NCBI GenBank assembly: GCA_040954595.2
Contig: CM082576.2
Span: forward strand, 18,585,028-18,649,027
Direction of reading: 5' to 3'
Length of the DNA stretch: 64,000 bases
Source of the DNA: Balanoglossus misakiensis
Taxonomy: Eukaryota; Animalia; Hemichordata
Shown one piece after another: positions 50,601-64,000 of the stretch. The notes beneath the pieces were generated by a model. It was not told where the DNA came from. It was given only the letters and a program-made list of their open reading frames with translations, and did no database searches. Position numbers and translations under genes: made by a program. How positions within the stretch are numbered: the stretch's first letter is position 1; the number at the start of each line of letters is the position of its first letter.

Positions 50601-53600
50601 GGGTATTTAATGCATACGCATTGATATTTACAGTTGACTCTAAATCCCGAGGTTTATACATGGCTAAAAGCGCTGTAATTTAAAATTACTAATGCAAAGG
50701 TTACATTGAATATGGGTAAATGGTGAAGCAAGCTTGAAGATGCATCAGGGTAGCTGGTGTTTCAAGCCCTTCACATTGACATTGGAATATAATGCATATG
50801 GGGATTTAAAGTTGATTGTAAATCCCTAGGTTAATACATGGCCAAAAGCAATTTTATTTGACATTGCTAATTGAACGATGACATTGAATCCGATTCTTTG
50901 CATCAGGGTAAATGGCGATGCAAGCTTGATGATGCATCACGGTAGATAGTGATGCAAACACTTTACTTTGACATGGGTATTAAATGCATATGGGGATTTC
51001 AAGTTGATTACAAATCCCTGGGTTAATACGCGTCCAAAAGCACTGTAATTTGACATTGCTAATGCGATGTTGACATTGAATGTAATTCTCCGCATTAGGG
51101 CAAATGGCAAAGCAAGCTTAATGATGCAATGGAGTAGACCGTGATGCAAGCTATGCATTTTGACATAGGTATTTAATGCATGTGCATGGGTATTAAATGT
51201 TGAATGTAAATTCTCAGGTTAATACATCTCCAAAAGCACTGTAATTTAAAATTGCTAATGTAAGGGTGACATTGAATCTGATTCTTTGCATTAGGGGAAA
51301 TGGCGTAGCAAGCCTAATGATCCATCTGAGTAGATGGTGATGCAAGCTAAGCATTTTGACATAGGTACTAAATGTATATACATGGGTATTTAAAGTTGTC
51401 TGTAAATCCCCAGGTTAATACATGGCCATAAGCATTATAATTTGACATTGCTAATGAAATGGTGACACTGAATCTGATTCTTTGCATCAGGGCATATTGT
51501 GAAGCATGCTTGATGATGTATTAGGGTCAATAGTGATGGAAACACTGCACTATGACATGGGTATTTAATGCATACGCATTGATATTTACAGTTGACTCTA
51601 AATCCCGAGGTTAATACATGGCTAAAAGCGCTGTAATTTAAAATTACTAATCCAAAGGTTACATTGAATATGGGTAAATGGTGAAGCAAGCTTGAAGATG
51701 CATCAGGGTAGCTGGTGTTTCAAGCCCTTCACATTGACATTGGAATATAATGCATATGGGGATTTAAAATTGATTGTAAATCCCTAGGTTAATACATGGC
51801 CAAAAGCACTGTAATTTAAAATTGCTAGTGCAATGGTGACATTGAATGTGATTCTTTGCATCAGGGCATATTGTGAAGCATGCTTGATGATGCATTAGGG
51901 TCAATAGTGATGGAAACACTGCACTATGACATGGGTATTTAATGCATACGCATTGATATTTACAGTTGACTCTTAATCCCGAGGTTAATACATGGCTAAA
52001 AGCACTGTAATTTAAAATTACTAATGCAAAGGTTACATTGAATATGGGTAAATGGTGAAGCAAGCCTGAAGATGCATCAGGGTAGATGGTGTTTCAAGCC
52101 CTTCACATTGACATTGGAATATAATGCATATGGGGATTTAAAATTGATTGTAAATCCCTAGGTTAATACATGGCCAAAAGCAATTTTATTTGACATTGCT
52201 AATTGAACGATGACATTGAATCCGATTCTTTGCATCAGGGTAAATGGCGATGCAAGCTTGATGATGCATCACGGTAGATAGTGATGCAAACACTTTACTT
52301 TGACATGGGTATTAAATGCATATGGGGATTTCAAGTTGATTACAAATCCCTGGGTTAATACGCGTCCAAAAGCACTGTAATTTGACATTGCTAATGCGAT
52401 GTTGACATTGAATGTAATTCTCCGCATTAGGGCAAATGGCAAAGCAAGCTTAATGATGCAATGGAGTAGACCGTGATGCAAGCTATGCATTTTGACATAG
52501 GTATTTAATGCATGTGCATGGGTATTAAATGTTGAATGTAAATTCTCAGGTTAATACATCTCCAAAAGCACTGTAATTTAAAATTGCTAATGTAAGGGTG
52601 ACATTGAATCTGATTCTTTGCATTAGGGGAAATGGCGTAGCAAGCCTAATGATCCATCTGAGTAGATGGTGATGCAAGCTAAGCATTTTGACATAGGTAC
52701 TAAATGTATATACATGGGTATTTAAAGTTGTCTGTAAATCCCCAGGTTAATACATGGCCATAAGCATTATAATTTGACATTGCTAATGAAATGGTGACAC
52801 TGAATCTGATTCTTTGCATCAGGGCATATTGTGAAGCATGCTTGATGATGTATTAGGGTCAATAGTGATGGAAACACTGCACTATGACATGGGTATTTAA
52901 TGCATACGCATTGATATTTACAGTTGACTCTAAATCCCGAGGTTAATACATGGCTAAAAGCGCTGTAATTTAAAATTACTAATCCAAAGGTTACATTGAA
53001 TATGGGTAAATGGTGAAGCAAGCTTGAAGATGCATCAGGGTAGCTGGTGTTTCAAGCCCTTCACATTGACATTGGAATATAATGCATATGGGGATTTAAA
53101 ATTGATTGTAAATCCCTAGGTTAATACATGGCCAAAAGCACTGTAATTTAAAATTGCTAGTGCAATGGTGACATTGAATGTGATTCTTTGCATCAGGGCA
53201 TATTGTGAAGCATGCTTGATGATGCATTAGGGTCAATAGTGATGGAAACACTGCACTATGACATGGGTATTTAATGCATACGCATTGATATTTACAGTTG
53301 ACTCTTAATCCCGAGGTTAATACATGGCTAAAAGCACTGTAATTTAAAATTACTAATGCAAAGGTTACATTGAATATGGGTAAATGGTGAAGCAAGCCTG
53401 AAGATGCATCAGGGTAGATGGTGTTTCAAGCCCTTCACATTGACATTGGAATATAATGCATATGGGGATTTAAAATTGATTGTAAATCCCTAGGTTAATA
53501 CGTGGCCAAAAGCAATTTTATTTGACATTGCTAATGCAACGATGACATTGAATCCGATTCTTTGTATCAGGGTAAATGGCGATGCAAGCTTGATGATGCA

Positions 53601-56600
53601 TCACGGTAGATAGTGATGCAAACACTTCACTTTGACATGGGCATTAAATGCATATGGGGATTTCAAGTTGATTACAAATCCCTGGGTTAATACGCGTCCA
53701 AAAGCACTGTAATTTGACATTGCTAATGCGATGTTGACATTGAATGTAATTCTCCGCATTAGGGCAAATGGCAAAGCAAGCTTAATGATGCAATGGAGTA
53801 GACGGCGATGCAAGCTATGCATTTTGACATAGGTATTTAATGCATGTGCATGGGTATTTAATGTTGAATGTAAATTCCCAGGTTAATACATCTCCAAAAG
53901 CACTGTAATTTAAAATTGCTAATGTAAGGGTGACATTGAATCTGATTCTTTGCATTATGGGAAATGGCGTAGCAAGCCTAATGATGCATCTGAGTAGATG
54001 GTGATGCAAGCTAAGCATTTTGATATAGGTACTAAATGTATATACATGGGTATTTAAAGTTGTCTGTAAATCCCCAGGTTAATACTTGGCAAAAAGCAAT
54101 TTTATTTGACATTGCTAATGAAATGGTGACACTGAATCTGATTCTTTGCATCAGGGTAAATGGCGATGCAAGCTTGATGATGCATCCCGGTAGATAGTGA
54201 TGCAACCACTTCACTGTGACATGGGTATTAAATGCATATGGGGATTAAAAGTTGACTGAAAATCCCTGGGTTAATACAAGTCCAAAAGCACTGAAATTTG
54301 ACATAGCTAATACAATGGTGACATTGAATGTGATTCTTTGCATTAGGGGAAATGGCGTAGCAAGCCTAATGATGCATCAGTGTAGATGGTGATCCAAGCT
54401 ATGCTTTTTGACATAGGTATTTAATGCATGTGCATGGGTATTTAATGTTGACTTTAAATCCCTGGGTTAATACAAATCCAAAAGCACTGTAATTTGACAT
54501 TGCTAATACAACGGTGTCATTTAATCTGATTCTTTGCATCAGGGCAAATTGCGAAGCAAGCTTAATGATGCATCGGAGTATATGGTGATGCAAGCTATGC
54601 ACTTTGACATACGTATTTAATGCATATGCATTGGTATTTAATGTTGACTGTAAATCCCCAGGTTAATACGTGGCCAAAAGCACTGTAATTTGACATTGCT
54701 AATGCTACCGTGACACTAAATCTGATTTTTTGCATTAGGGTAAATTGTGAAGCAAGCTTGATGATGCATCAGGATAGATGGTGTTTTAAGCCCCTCACAT
54801 TGACATTGGAATATAACGCATATGGGGATTTAAAGTTAATTGTAAATACCCAGGTTAATACATGGCCAAAAGCACTGTAATTTAAAATTGCTAATGCAAT
54901 GGTGACATTGAATGTGATTCTTTGCATTAGGGGAACTGGCGTAGCAATCCTAATAGTGCATCAGAGTAGATGGTGATGCAAGCTCTGCACTTTGACATAG
55001 GTATTTAATGCATATGCATGTGTATTTAATGTTGACTATAAATCCTCAGGTGAATACATGGCCATAAACACTATAATTTGACATTGCTAATGAAATGGTG
55101 ACACTGAATCTGATTCTTTGCATCAGGGCATATTGTGAAGCATGCTTGATGATGCATTAGGGTCAATAGTGATGGAAACACTGCACTATGACATGGGTAT
55201 TTAATGCATACGCATTGATATTTACAGTTGACTCTAAATCCCGAGGTTTATACATGGCTAAAAGCGCTGTAATTTAAAATTACTAATGCAAAGGTTACAT
55301 TGAATATGGGTAAATGGTGAAGCAAGCTTGAAGATGCATCAGGGTAGCTGGTGTTTCAAGCCCTTCACATTGACATTGGAATATAATGCATATGGGGATT
55401 TAAAGTTGATTGTAAATCCCTAGGTTAATACATGGCCAAAAGCAATTTTATTTGACATTGCTAATTGAACGATGACATTGAATCCGATTCTTTGCATCAG
55501 GGTAAATGGCGATGCAAGCTTGATGATGCATCACGGTAGATAGTGATGCAAACACTTTACTTTGACATGGGTATTAAATGCATATGGGGATTTCAAGTTG
55601 ATTACAAATCCCTGGGTTAATACGCGTCCAAAAGCACTGTAATTTGACATTGCTAATGCGATGTTGACATTGAATGTAATTCTCCGCATTAGGGCAAATG
55701 GCAAAGCAAGCTTAATGATGCAATGGAGTAGACCGTGATGCAAGCTATGCATTTTGACATAGGTATTTAATGCATGTGCATGGGTATTAAATGTTGAATG
55801 TAAATTCTCAGGTTAATACATCTCCAAAAGCACTGTAATTTAAAATTGCTAATGTAAGGGTGACATTGAATCTGATTCTTTGCATTAGGGGAAATGGCGT
55901 AGCAAGCCTAATGATCCATCTGAGTAGATGGTGATGCAAGCTAAGCATTTTGACATAGGTACTAAATGTATATACATGGGTATTTAAAGTTGTCTGTAAA
56001 TCCCCAGGTTAATACATGGCCATAAGCATTATAATTTGACATTGCTAATGAAATGGTGACACTGAATCTGATTCTTTGCATCAGGGCATATTGTGAAGCA
56101 TGCTTGATGATGTATTAGGGTCAATAGTGATGGAAACACTGCACTATGACATGGGTATTTAATGCATACGCATTGATATTTACAGTTGACTCTAAATCCC
56201 GAGGTTAATACATGGCTAAAAGCGCTGTAATTTAAAATTACTAATGCAAAGGTTACATTGAATATGGGTAAATGGTGAAGCAAGCTTGAAGATGCATCAG
56301 GGTAGCTGGTGTTTCAAGCCCTTCACATTGACATTGGAATATAATGCATATGGGGATTTAAAATTGATTGTAAATCCCTAGGTTAATACATGGCCAAAAG
56401 CACTGTAATTTAAAATTGCTAGTGCAATGGTGACATTGAATGTGATTCTTTGCATCAGGGCATATTGTGAAGCATGCTTGATGATGCATTAGGGTCAATA
56501 GTGATGGAAACACTGCACTATGATATGGGTATTTAATGCATACGCATTGATATTTACAGTTGACTCTTAATCCCGAGGTTAATACATGGCTAAAAGCACT

Positions 56601-59600
56601 GTAATTTAAAATTACTAATGCAAAGGTTACATTGAATATGGGTAAATGGTGAAGCAAGCTTGAAGATGCATCAGGGTAGATGGTGTTTCAAGCCCTTCAC
56701 ATTGACATTGGAATATAATGCATATGGGGATTTAAAATTGATTGTAAATCCCTAGGTTAATACGTGGCCAAAAGCAATTTTATTTGACATTGCTAATGCA
56801 ACGATGACATTGAATCCGATTCTTTGTATCAGGGTAAATGGCGATGCAAGCTTGATGATGCATCACGGTAGATAGTGATGCAAACACTTCACTTTGACAT
56901 GGGCATTAAATGCATATGGGGATTTCAAGTTGATTACAAATCCCTGGGTTAATACGCGTCCAAAAGCACTGTAATTTGACATTGCTAATGCGATGTTGAC
57001 ATTGAATGTAATTCTCCGCATTAGGGCAAATGGCAAAGCAAGCTTAATGATGCAATGGAGTAGACGGTGATGCAAGCTATGCATTTTGACATAGGTATTT
57101 AATGCATGTGCATGGGTATTTAATGTTGAATGTAAATTCCCAGGTTAATACATCTCCAAAAGCACTGTAATTTAAAATTGCTAATGTAAGGGTGACATTG
57201 AATCTGATTCTTTGCATTATGGGAAATGGCGTAGCAAGCCTAATGATGCATCTGAGTAGATGGTGATGCAAGCTAAGCATTTTGATATAGGTACTAAATG
57301 TATATACATGGGTATTTAAAGTTGTCTGTAAATCCCCAGGTTAATACTTGGCAAAAAGCAATTTTATTTGACATTGCTAATGAAATGGTGACACTGAATC
57401 TGATTCTTTGCATCAGGGTAAATGGCGATGCAAGCTTGATGATGCATCCCGGTAGATAGTGATGCAACCACTTCACTGTGACATGGGTATTAAATGCATA
57501 TGGGGATTAAAAGTTGACTGAAAATCCCTGGGTTAATACAAGTCCAAAAGCACTGTAATTTGACATTGCTAATGCGATGTTGACATTGAATGTAATTCTC
57601 CGCATTAGGGCAAATGGCAAAGCAAGCTTAATGATGCAATGGAGTAGACGGTGATCCAAGCTATGCTTTTTGACATAGGTATTTAATGCATGTGCATGGG
57701 TATTTAATGTTGACTGTAAATCCCTGGGTTAATACAAATCCAAAAGCACTGTAATTTGACATTGCTAATACAACGGTGTCATTTAATCTGATTCTTTGCA
57801 TCAGGGCAAATTGCGAAGCAAGCTTGATGATGCATCGGAGTATATGGTGATGCAAGCTATGCACTTTGACATACGTATTTAATGCATATGCATTGGTATT
57901 TAATGTTGACTGTAAATCCCCAGGTTAATACGTGGCCAAAAGCACTGTAATTTGACATTGCTAATGCTACCGTGACACTAAATCTGATTCTTTGCATTAG
58001 GGTAAATTGTGAAGCAAGCTTGATGATGCATCAGGATAGATGGTGTTTTAAGCCCCTCACATTGACATTGGAATATAACGCATATGGGGATTTAAAGTTA
58101 ATTGTAAATACCCAGGTTAATACATGGCCAAAAGCACTGTAATTTAAAATTGCTAATGCAATGGTGACATTGAATGTGATTCTTTGCATTAGGGGAACTG
58201 GCGTAGCAATCCTAATAGTGCATCAGAGTAGATGGTGATGCAAGCTCTGCACTTTGACATAGGTATTTAATGCATATGCATGTGTATTTAATGTTGACTA
58301 TAAATCCTCAGGTGAATACATGGCCATAAACACTATAATTTGGCATTGCTAATGAAATGGTGACACTGAATCTGATTCTTTGCATCAGGGCATATTGTGA
58401 AGCATGCTTGATGATGCATTAGGGTCAATAGTGATGGAAACACTGCACTATGACATGGGTATTTAATGCATACGCATTGATATTTACAGTTGACTCTAAA
58501 TCCCGAGGTTTATACATGGCTAAAAGCGCTGTAATTTAAAATTACTAATGCAAAGGTTACATTGAATATGGGTAAATGGTGAAGCAAGCTTGAAGATGCA
58601 TCAGGGTAGCTGGTGTTTCAAGCCCTTCACATTGACATTGGAATATAATGCATATGGGGATTTAAAGTTGATTGTAAATCCCTAGGTTAATACATGGCCA
58701 AAAGCAATTTTATTTGACATTGCTAATTGAACGATGACATTGAATCCGATTCTTTGCATCAGGGTAAATGGCGATGCAAGCTTGATGATGCATCACGGTA
58801 GATAGTGATGCAAACACTTTACTTTGACATGGGTATTAAATGCATATGGGGATTTCAAGTTGATTACAAATCCCTGGGTTAATACGCGTCCAAAAGCACT
58901 GTAATTTGACATTGCTAATGCGATGTTGACATTGAATGTAATTCTCCGCATTAGGGCAAATGGCAAAGCAAGCTTAATGATGCAATGGAGTAGACCGTGA
59001 TGCAAGCTATGCATTTTGACATAGGTATTTAATGCATGTGCATGGGTATTAAATGTTGAATGTAAATTCTCAGGTTAATACATCTCCAAAAGCACTGTAA
59101 TTTAAAATTGCTAATGTAAGGGTGACATTGAATCTGATTCTTTGCATTAGGGGAAATGGCGTAGCAAGCCTAATGATCCATCTGAGTAGATGGTGATGCA
59201 AGCTAAGCATTTTGACATAGGTACTAAATGTATATACATGGGTATTTAAAGTTGTCTGTAAATCCCCAGGTTAATACATGGCCATAAGCATTATAATTTG
59301 ACATTGCTAATGAAATGGTGACACTGAATCTGATTCTTTGCATCAGGGCATATTGTGAAGCATGCTTGATGATGTATTAGGGTCAATAGTGATGGAAACA
59401 CTGCACTATGACATGGGTATTTAATGCATACGCATTGATATTTACAGTTGACTCTAAATCCCGAGGTTAATACATGGCTAAAAGCGCTGTAATTTAAAAT
59501 TACTAATCCAAAGGTTACATTGAATATGGGTAAATGGTGAAGCAAGCTTGAAGATGCATCAGGGTAGCTGGTGTTTCAAGCCCTTCACATTGACATTGGA

Positions 59601-62600
59601 ATATAATGCATATGGGGATTTAAAATTGATTGTAAATCCCTAGGTTAATACATGGCCAAAAGCACTGTAATTTAAAATTGCTAGTGCAATGGTGACATTG
59701 AATGTGATTCTTTGCATCAGGGCATATTGTGAAGCATGCTTGATGATGCATTAGGGTCAATAGTGATGGAAACACTGCACTATGACATGGGTATTTAATG
59801 CATACGCATTGATATTTACAGTTGACTCTTAATCCCGAGGTTAATACATGGCTAAAAGCACTGTAATTTAAAATTACTAATGCAAAGGTTACATTGAATA
59901 TGGGTAAATGGTGAAGCAAGCCTGAAGATGCATCAGGGTAGATGGTGTTTCAAGCCCTTCACATTGACATTGGAATATAATGCATATGGGGATTTAAAAT
60001 TGATTGTAAATCCCTAGGTTAATACGTGGCCAAAAGCAATTTTATTTGACATTGCTAATGCAACGATGACATTGAATCCGATTCTTTGTATCAGGGTAAA
60101 TGGCGATGCAAGCTTGATGATGCATCACGGTAGATAGTGATGCAAACACTTCACTTTGACATGGGCATTAAATGCATATGGGGATTTCAAGTTGATTACA
60201 AATCCCTGGGTTAATACGCGTCCAAAAGCACTGTAATTTGACATTGCTAATGCGATGTTGACATTGAATGTAATTCTCCGCATTAGGGCAAATGGCAAAG
60301 CAAGCTTAATGATGCAATGGAGTAGACGGCGATGCAAGCTATGCATTTTGACATAGGTATTTAATGCATGTGCATGGGTATTTAATGTTGAATGTAAATT
60401 CCCAGGTTAATACATCTCCAAAAGCACTGTAATTTAAAATTGCTAATGTAAGGGTGACATTGAATCTGATTCTTTGCATTATGGGAAATGGCGTAGCAAG
60501 CCTAATGATGCATCTGAGTAGATGGTGATGCAAGCTAAGCATTTTGATATAGGTACTAAATGTATATACATGGGTATTTAAAGTTGTCTGTAAATCCCCA
60601 GGTTAATACTTGGCAAAAAGCAATTTTATTTGACATTGCTAATGAAATGGTGACACTGAATCTGATTCTTTGCATCAGGGTAAATGGCGATGCAAGCTTG
60701 ATGATGCATCCCGGTAGATAGTGATGCAACCACTTCACTGTGACATGGGTATTAAATGCATATGGGGATTAAAAGATGACTGAAAATCCCTGGGTTAATA
60801 CAAGTCCAAAAGCACTGAAATTTGACATAGCTAATACAATGGTGACATTGAATGTGATTCTTTGCATTAGGGGAAATGGCGTAGCAAGCCTAATGATGCA
60901 TCAGTGTAGATGGTGATCCAAGCTATGCTTTTTGACATAGGTATTTAATGCATGTGCATGGGTATTTAATGTTGACTTTAAATCCCTGGGTTAATACAAA
61001 TCCAAAAGCACTGTAATTTGACATTGCTAATACAACGGTGTCATTTAATCTGATTCTTTGCATCAGGGCAAATTGCGAAGCAAGCTTAATGATGCATCGG
61101 AGTATATGGTGATGCAAGCTATGCACTTTGACATACGTATTTAATGCATATGCATTGGTATTTAATGTTGACTGTAAATCCCCAGGTTAATACGTGGCCA
61201 AAAGCACTGTAATTTGACATTGCTAATGCTACCGTGACACTAAATCTGATTTTTTGCATTAGGGTAAATTGTGAAGCAAGCTTGATGATGCATCAGGATA
61301 GATGGTGTTTTAAGCCCCTCACATTGACATTGGAATATAACGCATATGGGGATTTAAAGTTAATTGTAAATACCCAGGTTAATACATGGCCAAAAGCACT
61401 GTAATTTAAAATTGCTAATGCAATGGTGACATTGAATGTGATTCTTTGCATTAGGGGAACTGGCGTAGCAATCCTAATAGTGCATCAGAGTAGATGGTGA
61501 TGCAAGCTCTGCACTTTGACATAGGTATTTAATGCATATGCATGTGTATTTAATGTTGACTATAAATCCTCAGGTGAATACATGGCCATAAACACTATAA
61601 TTTGACATTGCTAATGAAATGGTGACACTGAATCTGATTCTTTGCATCAGGGCATATTGTGAAGCATGCTTGATGATGCATTAGGGTCAATAGTGATGGA
61701 AACACTGCACTATGACATGGGTATTTAATGCATACGCATTGATATTTACAGTTGACTCTAAATCCCGAGGTTTATACATGGCTAAAAGCGCTGTAATTTA
61801 AAATTACTAATGCAAAGGTTACATTGAATATGGGTAAATGGTGAAGCAAGCTTGAAGATGCATCAGGGTAGCTGGTGTTTCAAGCCCTTCACATTGACAT
61901 TGGAATATAATGCATATGGGGATTTAAAGTTGATTGTAAATCCCTAGGTTAATACATGGCCAAAAGCAATTTTATTTGACATTGCTAATTGAACGATGAC
62001 ATTGAATCCGATTCTTTGCATCAGGGTAAATGGCGATGCAAGCTTGATGATGCATCACGGTAGATAGTGATGCAAACACTTTACTTTGACATGGGTATTA
62101 AATGCATATGGGGATTTCAAGTTGATTACAAATCCCTGGGTTAATACGCGTCCAAAAGCACTGTAATTTGACATTGCTAATGCGATGTTGACATTGAATG
62201 TAATTCTCCGCATTAGGGCAAATGGCAAAGCAAGCTTAATGATGCAATGGAGTAGACCGTGATGCAAGCTATGCATTTTGACATAGGTATTTAATGCATG
62301 TGCATGGGTATTAAATGTTGAATGTAAATTCTCAGGTTAATACATCTCCAAAAGCACTGTAATTTAAAATTGCTAATGTAAGGGTGACATTGAATCTGAT
62401 TCTTTGCATTAGGGGAAATGGCGTAGCAAGCCTAATGATCCATCTGAGTAGATGGTGATGCAAGCTAAGCATTTTGACATAGGTACTAAATGTATATACA
62501 TGGGTATTTAAAGTTGTCTGTAAATCCCCAGGTTAATACATGGCCATAAGCATTATAATTTGACATTGCTAATGAAATGGTGACACTGAATCTGATTCTT

Positions 62601-64000
62601 TGCATCAGGGCATATTGTGAAGCATGCTTGATGATGTATTAGGGTCAATAGTGATGGAAACACTGCACTATGACATGGGTATTTAATGCATACGCATTGA
62701 TATTTACAGTTGACTCTAAATCCCGAGGTTAATACATGGCTAAAAGCGCTGTAATTTAAAATTACTAATGCAAAGGTTACATTGAATATGGGTAAATGGT
62801 GAAGCAAGCTTGAAGATGCATCAGGGTAGCTGGTGTTTCAAGCCCTTCACATTGACATTGGAATATAATGCATATGGGGATTTAAAATTGATTGTAAATC
62901 CCTAGGTTAATACATGGCCAAAAGCACTGTAATTTAAAATTGCTAGTGCAATGGTGACATTGAATTTGATTCTTTGCATCAGGGCATATTGTGAAGCATG
63001 CTTGATGATGCATTAGGGTCAATAGTGATGGAAACACTGCACTATGACATGGGTATTTAATGCATACGCATTGATATTTACAGTTGACTCTTAATCCCGA
63101 GGTTAATACATGGCTAAAAGCACTGTAATTTAAAATTACTAATGCAAAGGTTACATTGAATATGGGTAAATGGTGAAGCAAGCTTGAAGATGCATCAGGG
63201 TAGATGGTGTTTCAAGCCCTTCACATTGACATTGGAATATAATGCATATGGGGATTTAAAATTGATTGTAAATCCCTAGGTTAATACGTGGCCAAAAGCA
63301 ATTTTATTTGACATTGCTAATGCAACGATGACATTGAATCCGATTCTTTGTATCAGGGTAAATGGCGATGCAAGCTTGATGATGCATCACGGTAGATAGT
63401 GATGCAAACACTTCACTTTGACATGGGCATTAAATGCATATGGGGATTTCAAGTTGATTACAAATCCCTGGGTTAATACGCGTCCAAAAGCACTGTAATT
63501 TGACATTGCTAATGCGATGTTGACATTGAATGTAATTCTCCGCATTAGGGCAAATGGCAAAGCAAGCTTAATGATGCAATGGAGTAGACGGTGATGCAAG
63601 CTATGCATTTTGACATAGGTATTTAATGCATGTGCATGGGTATTTAATGTTGAATGTAAATTCCCAGGTTAATACATCTCCAAAAGCACTGTAATTTAAA
63701 ATTGCTAATGTAAGGGTGACATTGAATCTGATTCTTTGCATTATGGGAAATGGCGTAGCAAGCCTAATGATGCATCTGAGTAGATGGTGATGCAAGCTAA
63801 GCATTTTGATATAGGTACTAAATGTATATACATGGGTATTTAAAGTTGTCTGTAAATCCCCAGGTTAATACTTGGCAAAAAGCAATTTTATTTGACATTG
63901 CTAATGAAATGGTGACACTGAATCTGATTCTTTGCATCAGGGTAAATGGCGATGCAAGCTTGATGATGCATCCCGGTAGATAGTGATGCAACCACTTCAC
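44650..64000. repeat. ~192-bp satellite (178/192/196-bp monomers) organised as a 17-mer higher-order repeat of 3262 bp; runs off the window end
   Basis: GGTTAATAC-type anchor counted 17 times between 52353 and 55615 (3262 bp); ORF-track copies recur at 52269, 55531, 58793 and 62055; about 100 monomers in the window. Confidence 0.98.

Noticed and set aside
44712-64000. Many recurring 60-106 aa ORFs on the minus strand
   Set aside because: Chance frames within satellite monomers; they recur with the HOR period and are broken by stops. Used only as period markers.
44650-64000. Hammerhead-ribozyme (retrozyme) tandem array
   Set aside because: TGATGA is present, but I could not find a conserved CTGANGA...GAAA core with supporting stems by eye in either satellite; a covariance-model search would be decisive.

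Overview
AT-rich eukaryotic (metazoan-type, spliceosomal introns) DNA that is almost entirely repeat-derived; I see no intact protein-coding gene. 1-17 kb: remnants of a Q-rich gene (an exon split in frame by a Helentron-associated non-autonomous element (HINE), and a terminal exon with an internal TAA), an orphan EGF-like exon, a decayed piggyBac element with transposase remnants, several MITEs and a 139-bp minisatellite. 17.9-42.3 kb: a ~24-kb HINE-derived composite made of head-to-tail HINE halves, a ~16.5-kb array of a 116-bp satellite whose monomer is an internal HINE segment, and Russian-doll nested HINEs whose hairpins and sub-terminal inverted repeats co-vary. 44.65-64 kb: a second, unrelated satellite (178/192/196-bp monomers) that grades from a dimeric/divergent edge into a homogeneous 17-mer higher-order repeat (3262 bp), with a 7-mer duplication, a 34-mer super-period and a gene-conversion tract, resembling a (peri)centromeric array edge. 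All calls come from reading the sequence by eye; no database search was run and coordinates may be off by a few bases.
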